Below, one piece after another: positions 1 through 9,400 of a DNA stretch of 35,921 nucleotides. Both the position numbers and the translations under genes were made by a program. The notes under the pieces were generated by a model. That model was not told the origin of the DNA. It ran no database searches and worked only from the letters and a program-made list of their open reading frames with translations. Source of the stretch: Thermoplasmatota archaeon (GTDB lineage Archaea; Thermoplasmatota; Penumbrarchaeia; Penumbrarchaeales; Penumbrarchaeaceae); NCBI GenBank assembly GCA_049472275.1, contig JBLIRL010000002.1, positions 1 through 35,921 on the forward strand. The letters run 5' to 3'. Every line of letters begins with the position of its first letter. The first letter of the stretch is position 1.

Positions 1-437
1 ACGGGTTCCAGAACGGGAACCTTCGCCAGCATTCCGAAGAATCTCGTATCCTCGGCATTCTGAGAGGAGAACTGCTGCGGATCATCGGCTGTCACGACCA
101 CAAGACCCCCTCTGACACCGGTGACCGATATGACTGTAAGTGCATCTGCGATAAGGTTCACACCCAGCATCTTGGTCGTCATCAGGGACCTCACACCGGC
201 GAGCGCCCCACCTGCTGCGACCTCGAAGGCGACGGCCTCATTGACCGAGAACTCGGCGTGGAAACCGATTTCCGGGGCCACATCGCCCAATCTCTCCATT
301 ATTGTCGATGCCGGCGTTCCAGGATAGGCAGCTGACACGACCACTCCCGCTTCCAGACAACCTCTGGCGACAGCCTCGTTCCCCGTGAGCAGGACCTTGT
401 CACCAGCTGCTCCAAGTATCCTATGCTTCTTTGGCAT
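1..437 (-). CDS. iorA: Indolepyruvate:ferredoxin oxidoreductase alpha subunit (IorA-type 2-oxoacid:ferredoxin oxidoreductase), N-terminal ~145 aa; gene runs off the window edge
   Basis: Not in the ORF track because it is open at the window edge. My translation of the minus strand from ATG 437-435 is MPKKHRILGAAGDKVLLTGNEAVARGCLEAGVVVSAAYPGTPASTIMERL...GGLVVVTADDPQQFSSQNAEDTRFFGMLAKVPVLEP. This fits the conserved IorA N-terminus (GNEA.ARG..EAGV...YPGTP; ADDP...SSQN..D.R). It starts 30 nt downstream of the megasynthase stop on the same strand, with no T-run in between. Confidence 0.75.
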   Translation of the reverse strand, partial: MPKKHRILGAAGDKVLLTGNEAVARGCLEAGVVVSAAYPGTPASTIMERLGDVAPEIGFHAEFSVNEAVAFEVAAGGALAGVRSLMTTKMLGVNLIADALTVISVTGVRGGLVVVTADDPQQFSSQNAEDTRFFGMLAKVPVLEP

Positions 438-467
438 GGCAATTCACACCCGATCAATGAATGATGC

Positions 468-3400
468 TCATTTCCCCTCGATACAGACCGTCAGCACGTA
501 GGCAGATGGAACATGTGCCTGGACCTTGCTTTCTTCATCCCCATGGTTCACGAAGACCTCGAATGATATTCCGCCCTTGTTCGGAAGTTTGACCACCTCG
601 GTGCACTGGACGGACCGAAGGTCGACCGAAAGACCCAAGCCCTTCATCTTCAGATATGATTCCTTGGCAGAGAAGAACAGGGTCTGCATTACATTCTCGC
701 CCACGTCGTATTCCTTCTGCTTCCTCTTGATCAATTCGGCCTCTTCGATGGTGAATGCCTCATCCACGAAGGACAGATCCCTATGCTCGGCCAGTTCTAT
801 ATCGACCCCGTGGACGCTGTCGGAAACGGAGCAAACGGCCCATCTGTGGGAATGTGAGATCGATATCTCTATCTTCTTGCCTTCTGCAAGGGCGTAGGGT
901 TTCCCCCCCTCCTCGGTCATTATCTTTATCGACCGTGTGGGTACAACCCTGTATTTCTCGGTGGCGAGATACCAGAGGACGGCCATCTTTGCGCAGACCC
1001 TCCCCATCGTATGCTCCCTTCTCCTCTTCTGGGTCATCTTCTCGTTGACCAATCCTTTCCATTCTTCCTCATCGAAATATTTCACGTAGTTCTCTAGGTC
1101 CTCCGGGGCTGAATCCAGATCTATCCTGAAGACCCTGGCTCCCTCACCGGGACTGTGAAACTCCTCGTAATGGACGGAGTGGTCCCCCTTCAGCTCTCCC
1201 TCGTAGGCCATCATGGACTTCAGCTGGTAATCCCTGAAGGAGAAGCGAACGTTCCCATCCCCGTCCACGAAGTCCACGTCGAACTTGAACGTGGTGTCCT
1301 CCCTGCCCTCGAACCTTACCCAGGCGAGGCCGGGTTCCGATGTGAAGGTATCGACGTGATATTCGATAGAACCCACCTTGGTGGGAAGCGCCATCAACTT
1401 GAACCTGTCAAGAACGTACGCCCCCGCGGTCTGGAAACCGCATTCGGTCTGCATCGGAGCGGTGAGTATGTCGCTGTTGGTCCATCCTGTTGCAGGATCG
1501 AACATGTCGGAGGGCGCCGGTCTGTAGACGCCAACGAGCTCACCGTCCTTCAGGACCTCCATCCCCTCGAGGACCTGGAATCGCGGACCGTGGAAGAGGT
1601 GTTCATATATCTCGGGCCTCAGGACCTGGGCGAGCACGTTCCGGGGTTTCAGGGGATGGTCCATGACCTTCTGGCACTCCCGGGATCTAGTTCCCATAAC
1701 GACACTACCGTTGTAATGTTCCACCTGGACCTCCTTCCCAGTCTTCTTGGATCGGAGGATCGAATACACCCTGAGGGTGACTATCGTCTCGTCATCACCT
1801 TCCGATTCAATTCCGCCCTCCACGAAGAGGTCGAGCTGCTCCTTTACGTTCACAGCTTTCTTGAACCGGATATCCCGAAGCTCGACGACCTCCTTGTCGG
1901 AGCAAAGCGTTTTGGCAGTCTCCGCGAAAAGCTCCATCCCCATCACTCCCGGAAGAACCATCGTACCCATTATCGAATGGTCCGGAAGGAACCTTTCCCT
2001 TTTCCCATCCAGGGATCTTCTGACATGAATCCTGGTCCCGGTGTTCTCTATCACCTCGTCCAGGAGAGGCCCCGGACCTTTGGGGATCGAAGGTTCCTTA
2101 TCGACTTCGTTCGGCAACTCCGGAGACGACTCTTCCTTCATAGGTGGATGAATTCCCTCGGACCATTTCAGGATACCACCCTTGTCCATCGGTCCAAGGG
2201 ATCCTGAGTAATATATCTCCCTCTCCTTCCCGTGAAGGATCTCCGATATTGCATATTCGATCCCGTCATCGGCTGGTATGAAGGTTATGCCGCCCATCTC
2301 GAGGAGGGTCTTGACAGCTCCTCTTGAGGCCATGCCAACATTTGCCCATGCTGACCACCCAACTGCCTTGAATATGCAGTCAGGATGGTATTTGAGCAGG
2401 GCGCCCCTCAATTTGGCAATGGTATCATTCGCACTGCTGTAGTCCACCTGTCCGGCGTTGCCGAACCTGCCAGCTACAGAGGTGAAGGTAAGGAAGAACT
2501 TCACGGGATGGTCCCTTGTTGCTCCGATGACAGCCTTCGCTCCCTGAACCTTGATATCGAAAACCCTGTCGAAATCCTCCTCTTTCTTGGAAAGCAGGGA
2601 TTTCGACTGCTCAATCCCCGCCGCATGGATGATCCCATCTATCCGGCCGGCCTCGGCTGCGATCCTGGATATGGCCTCCGCATCCCTGATATCTGATCTG
2701 TGATAATGAGGCTCGGAACCCATGGATTCCAGCTCCTTCAGGAGTTTGTGGACACCGATGCTCCTCGTTATCCTCGAGAATTCGCGATCGAGCATTACCG
2801 GTGTTACCTTCTTTCCTTCGTCGATCAGCGCCTTTCTGATCTCCTCCTTCTTCGCTGCAAGCCCCTCCTCATCCAGTTCGGACAGTTCCTCCGTATCCGG
2901 AAGAAGCTCTGCGATGTCTATTATGTGGAACTTCAGCTTGGCCCTCTTGGCAAGTCCCTTAATGATCTCCGCCGTAATGCCTCCCCCGCCACCGGATACG
3001 AGTATCGACATGCCGTCAACCAGATCGATATTGGGCCGTCTCGGAGGTAAGAATATCCTCATAGCCGGGAGATACCTCCTGATGCCATCGCTCCCCACCT
3101 CTAGGGGATGGCCCTCATTGGAAACCTCTGCAAGTAGGAGATCACATGCACTCTCGACCCCGATCCCGGGGTCCACGTCAAGGGATATCACGTCGGCATC
3201 CGGATATTCACGACCCACCGCCTTGGTGAAACCCGAGATGCTGCCGTTGAACGGATTCACACTTCGGTCCAGGGCGAACCTGCCACCCATTCCGGTGATG
3301 GAGTAGAGGAATCCTCCCTCCTTCAGCCTCCTGTCCAGGGACTTGCAGGTCCGAAACAGCAATTTCGATGTGGATGCCGACAGTCTTTCCCAGTCCTCCG

Positions 3401-6400
3401 GGTCCGGATCGGCTTCCAGGAACAGCGGGGAGATGCAGACGATCCCCTCGATCTCACCTATGGCTTCCTCGTCGTAATCGAACATACCCTGGGGGATATG
3501 GAATGCATCGATCCCCAGCTTCTCCTCCACTACAAGGGCCGAACCCTCGTCCCCGCCGATAATGAGCGCCTTCCTCCCCCTGACCGGACTTTTCCCGGTC
3601 TCCAGCATCGGAGCCTCGTCCGATTGGAGGACCCATCTGTTTATCCTCCCTTTCAGCTGCTCCTCGGATAGCTGTTCCACACTCACTTCCTCCTCTTCAT
3701 CGACGGAGGGTTGCTCCCGCTGCTCCGCCACGCCTGTCGAAACAACGTAATCGATGATCTTCCTTAGAGTATTGAGGTCCGTGAGATTGATAGAGTCGTC
3801 CCTCGGCAGGTTGAACTTCTCCCTTGCCATCGCGAATAGCTCCACCTGTTTCACCGTGTCTATACCGAGATCGGCCTCGAGGTCCAGGTCGAGCTCGAGC
3901 ATATCTTCAGGATAGCCTGTCTTCTCGGCCACGATCTCGATGACCTTCGTCTTGACGTTCTCCCAGTGATCGGAGCTTCCCGTTTCGGAACTCGCCTCCG
4001 GTGGTTCCTTCTTCTCGACCGCCTTCTCCACGACCGGCGCCGGTTCTCGGGAAATGGCTGATATCTGCACTGGCTCGGTTACCGTTGTAACGGACCAGAT
4101 CTTGCCTACAACATAATCTATGATCTTTCTCAGGGTGTTGAGCTCGGAGAGGTTAACGGAATCATCCTTGGGCAGAGAGAAATCCTCCCGGGCGGTGGCG
4201 AACAGCTCCACCTGTTTCACCGTGTCTATACCGAGATCGGCCTCGAGGTCCAGGTCGAGCTCGAGCATATCCTCAGGATAGCCTGTCTTCTCGGCCACAA
4301 GTGATATCACGATATCCTTCGCATTGTCCCAGACCTCCTGGCTAGAGGAAGGCCGGGGAGCTGTTTCATGTTCAGGTTCCGGTTCTGGTTCTGGTTGGGG
4401 TTCGGGTTCGGCCTCCCGAGCAGGGGCGGCATCCTCGACCTCCGTCCCCCCGGAAGGGAGCGCCTTTTTCTCCTCTCTGATCGGGATCTCCCCTCCCATC
4501 TTCTCGATAACATAGTCGATGATCTTTCTCAGTGTATTGAGGTCCTGCAGATTGATGGCATCATCCCTGGGAAGATCGAAATCCTCCCTTGCAAGTGCAA
4601 AGAGCTCCACCTGCTTCACCGTGTCTATACCGAGATCGGCCTCGAGATCGAGGTCCAGCTCCAGCATGTCATCGGGATAACCTGTTTTCTCGGATACCAG
4701 TGCCACGACCTTGTCCTTGACCTGGTCCCACCGGTCGATCTCCTCCTCGGCTTCCACCTCAATCTTCTTCTCCTTGTCACCACTGTCTACCTCCACCTCG
4801 ACCTCCTCGGTGATGTGGACCGGTCTTCTCTCCTCCGCGACCCGTCCTTTGCCAGATTTGATCTCCTTCTTGTGGATGATGTAATTGATTATATGTCTCA
4901 ATGTTGGAAAGTCCCTCAGGTTCACGCCCTCGTCCTTGGGAAGTTCGAAATGAATCCTAGCAGCTCCGAACAGTTCCACCTGTTTCACGGTGTCGATGCC
5001 GAGATCGGCCTCGAGGTCAGCATCTATGTCGATCGTGTCCTCCGGGAATCCCATCTTCCGGGCGAATATCCCGACAACCTGCTCCTTGACCTCCCTGAAG
5101 ATCGCCTCGTCAACGGTCTCCGCTATCTTCCTCTGATATCCTATCTCGGAGGATTCCCTTCTCACAGCCCTGTGGGGGATAAGATGGTCCCTTCCCGAGT
5201 CCTTGAGCCTCAGCACGTTCCTTTCTACCTCCAGCTCGACGGGTTCTGTGGTTGCTACCGAACGAAGCCATGCCTCGTAACGATCACGAGAAATGTACCG
5301 GTCTCTCGAATCCGGCCTCTTCATGAGCAGGAAGGACAGCTGGGATCCGAAACCGGCTGCCAGTCTCAATCCGTAATGTCGGTCATGCTTGCCTCCCCTT
5401 GAAAGCTGCATGCCCTCGAACTGCCTGTCAATGTGATGGGGATCGAGGTTCGCAATGGGTATCTCGAAACCGTTCTCGAGGCATTTGACAAGCACAGGGT
5501 CCTCAAGACACGCTCCGAAGGCATGCCCTGTGTAACCTTTCGTGTTAAGAATGACGATGTCCCTGAAATTCTCCCCGAAGGTCCGCCTCAGCGACTCCAC
5601 CTCGGCCGCCGAGGAACCGCCCCTTGCAGGGGTGTACGTCTCATGGGACATGAAAAGCATATCGGAGGCTATCTCCTCCCTCTTCAGACCGTGCATCCTT
5701 TCCATCTTGTGGATGAACCTGTCCATTGACCTAGCGATATGCGCCACGTCCAGCCTGGAACCGTGGAATGCGGAGTTCCCGATATGCGAGCCCAGAACCT
5801 CGACTATCGGGTTCATACCCCTTCTTCGCGGCTCTTCCTCGGCTTCCACGACCAGCGCGGCGACGCCGGAACCGAGTATCATCCCCTTCCTTCGCTCATC
5901 GAAGGGGATCGCTGCATTCTTGATATCCTTCTCGTTCGTCAGGGCTCCCATCGCCAGCAAGGAAGAGCCGAACCATTCCATATTGGCATCCGAGGCCGGG
6001 TCATCGGCTCCAAGTACGATAACGCGTTTGCACCTTCCGGATTGGATCCAATCCTGTGCAATGCCCACAGCGATGGTCGATGTCGCGCATGCGGAGTTAA
6101 CATGGATGTTCGGACCTTTGGCCTTGATGTACTGTGCGAACTGCGAATGCCCCATGGCAAGGACCCTGAACATGAAATTCCTCGGGAAATGGTATTCCTT
6201 AACCCCCTCGTTCATGCCGAGGGCTTCGAACTCTTCCTGGAGTTCCGTATCCTTCACCCTTTTCCTGACAGCCTCGATGAGCCTTTCCCTTTCCTTTCCG
6301 ATCGCCTTGTGTATCTTTGCCGTGTAGTACTGCGCAAGTTCGGTCAACAGCCTGTCGATCCCGGGGAACGCCGATGCGAAAATGATCCCAGTGTCCTCCT

Positions 6401-9400
6401 GAAGCTCCAGCGGAAGTTCCCAATCCTCGGGCAGGAAGGACCCCGTGGAGGTCTGCGAATATCTCTTCACAAGAGGTATGCCGGCATCCTTCAGGGAGAG
6501 GAGTCCCGCACCGAAGGCAAGCTGCGAGGTGATATCCAGTGAATCGATCAGACTCTCGGGAACACCGAACTCCTCGTTGAGATCGAAGGGACTCAGTCTT
6601 CCTGCGAACTGTGCCACCTTCGTACCATCGTCCAGTTTGACCATCTCGGCGGAACCGTCCGGCTTCTTGTCGAGCCTGATGATGTTCTTGTCGATGAATC
6701 CGGTCTTCTGTTCTTCCGTTAGGGCCTCTATGAGATTCCTCCCCTGAACCAGGAGGTCCAGGTTCTCCTCCGCGAATACCTTTTTAAAACTCCCGGGGAG
6801 ACCGAATGCGGCACCCGAGATCACCACCCTTGCTCCTCTCCTGGTCGGTGCCGTGGTCCCGGTGCCGGAAAGGTCCACGTCATCCCGGAAGGGTTCCTCT
6901 ATGGCTGCCTTGCCGGGAACGGACCCATGTATCTCCCTCAGGAACCTGTCGATGGCTTCCTTGTTGGAGGACAGGAACTCATCGAAGGAAGGTGATCTGT
7001 CGCTGACCGATGGAGCACCTGTGGCACCTTGGACGACGGGTGGGATGGATGACTCGGACGGGCCAAGGCCCTCTGACCCTCTGCTTGTGGGCATATCCTT
7101 GACGAAGCCGTCCAGGGCGTCGAGGAACTCGGAGGTGAAGAATTCGCGGTCATCCTTCGCGGGGATCCTCAGGTCGAAACCGAGGGACCAAAGGAAGGAG
7201 ACCATCTCGTTGAAGGTGGACATCCCGCCCTTCTTCGGATGGTTGGAAGTTATCGGAAAGACCATGCCCTTTTTGACCTCGTCTTCCATGAGATTGTAGG
7301 CGAAGGAAGTGAGGGCCCTTTTCGGTCCCACCTCGATGAAGGTCCTGCAGCCGTCCGCGTAGGCCCTTTCCACCTGGGAGATCCACTCCACCGATGAGGC
7401 TACCTGCTCTTTTAAAAGGTCGAGTATATCCTCCTTTATCCTTTTCGGATCGCCCTCCATCGGATAGTAGTCACCGGTAACGTTGGAAAGGAGAGGTATC
7501 TTCGGGGGATTTATCGTCAGCTTCGAGAGGTAATCACGAAGTATATCCTTCACGGGTGCAACCACACCGGAGTGGAAAGCATGCGAGACGGGAAGCTGGA
7601 CCGCTTCTATGCCGCGCTCCTCGAACTTCCTGATGGCCTGGTCAACGGCTTCCGACTGCCCCGCGATGACCGTCTGGACCAGACAGTTCTTGTTTGCGGG
7701 AATCACATATCCATCGACCTCCGAGATAACTTCCTCCACCACATCCAGTCCGGCCATCACCGAGGCCATCTTTCCGGGATCGTCGACCTTTAGGTCCCTC
7801 ATCTCCCTACCCCTTGCCGAGACGGCTTTCAGGGCGTCCCCGAAATCCATCACTCCCGATGCTATCAGCGCACCGTACTCCCCGAGGGAATGCCCCATGG
7901 CAAGATCGGGTTTCACACCAAGCCTCTGAAGTAGCTTGTACATGGCGGTATCCACTGTCAGCATGGAGGGCTGATTGAACTCAGTCCTCCTGAGGGTCTC
8001 GGAGGCCTCCTTGTATTCAGGTGTCTTCGGTTCCACATCCCGGAATACGTAGGTCGACAGCGGCTCAGGGATCAGGTCCTCCATCACGCTGTCGGCCTCG
8101 TCGAAGGTTTCCCTGACCATTTTGAACTTGTTGCGAAGCTCCCTGAACATGTTGATGTACTGGGAACCCTGTCCCGGGAACATGAAGCAAACCTTGCCGT
8201 GGTCCATTCTCTCCCTGTCGCCAACGAATATCCCCTTTGCGGCAAGAGCCAGCAGTCCCTTCTCGTTCATTCCCACCTTCTTGAGCATTTCGACCTGTTT
8301 CGCCAGATGCTCGTGGTCCCTTGCGGATATGCCGAGCCGGTACCTGCCTTCGTAGGACGGCATCGTGAAGGCATCTCTCAGCCTGCCTCCCGATTCGAAC
8401 AATTCGCTTGCCTTCTTGACAGAATCTTCTGCCTGCCTCAGAAGATCGAGGGGATTGTCGGATGAAAACAGGAAATATTCGGCCTCCTCCTCCTGGTGCT
8501 CCTTCAGGTATGATCTTACACCCTCAAGGTCAACTTCCCTTCCGGCCTCGCCCGGGTCCTGTACCGGGGATCCTGGCTCGTCGCATTCCCGTACGCCTTC
8601 CGATGCCCCCTTTGCAGCCTTCCAAGCTTCATAGATCTCGCTGTCGAACTCCTCGAGTATCACATGAAAGTTGGTCCCTCCGAACCCGAATGCGGAAACA
8701 CCGCACCTTCTCGGTACATCCTCTTTCTTGCGAACCCACTCCTTCGCTTCGGTGATGACGAAGAAGGGGGAAGTGCCCCAATCATAGTAAGGATTCGGTC
8801 TCTCGAAATTTATCTGGGGAGGCAGTATCTTATTCTTTATCGCCAGAAGTGATTTTATCATACCGGCGGCTCCCGCTGCGGATTTCAGGTGCCCGATCTG
8901 GGATTTGATGGACGTCAGTCCGATGGATCCATTGGGCATATCCTTGAAGAACTGGTCCAGGGAATTGAGCTCCGCAACATCTCCAACGGCTGTGGAGGTT
9001 CCATGCGCCTCGATGAAGGATATGGTGTCGATATCCACCCCGGCGTCCGCATAGGCGTTCTTCAGGGCGAGGGTCTGCCCCTCGGGATTGGGGGCAGTTA
9101 TCCCCTTGGCCTTTCCGTCACTGGATGCACCTATTCCTCTCACGACACCGTAGATCTTGTCCCCGTCGTTCACGGCATCATCCAGGCGTTTGAGTATTAT
9201 TATTCCCGATCCCTCTCCCATAAGGAAACCGTTGGCTCCTTCTGCGAATGGACGCGATCCGTCCGGGGTCAGGGCGCCTATCTTGCAGAATTCCACGAAG
9301 CTCTGGGAGGTCATGACCGAATCGGTTCCGCCGGATACGGCGATGTCTATCTGGTCAAGAAGCAGTGCGTTCCTTGCCGTATGGACCGCTGCCAGAGAGG

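Noticed and set aside
121-327. 68-aa plus-strand ORF at the window start
   Set aside because: It is antisense to the well-conserved IorA N-terminus, which reads cleanly on the minus strand.
4372-4412. GGTTCN microsatellite-like tract, a possible slippage or phase-variation site
   Set aside because: It encodes the PEPEPQPEPEPEPE inter-ACP linker in frame. The repeat units are imperfect and hexameric, so slippage would preserve the frame. No evidence of a regulatory role.
3741-5105. Regularly spaced ~95-nt repeats that could superficially suggest a CRISPR-like array
   Set aside because: The repeat period is 366-399 nt. The repeats are in frame within one ORF and encode the ACP helix-II core, and the apparent spacers are protein linkers. 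This is not a CRISPR array.
1155-6542. Several long plus-strand ORFs (1155-2207, 4368-5402, 5542-6327, 5739-6542 and others) antisense to the megasynthase
   Set aside because: The reasoning is the same as above: they are antisense shadows within a clearly coding region, have low-complexity translations, and overlap one another.
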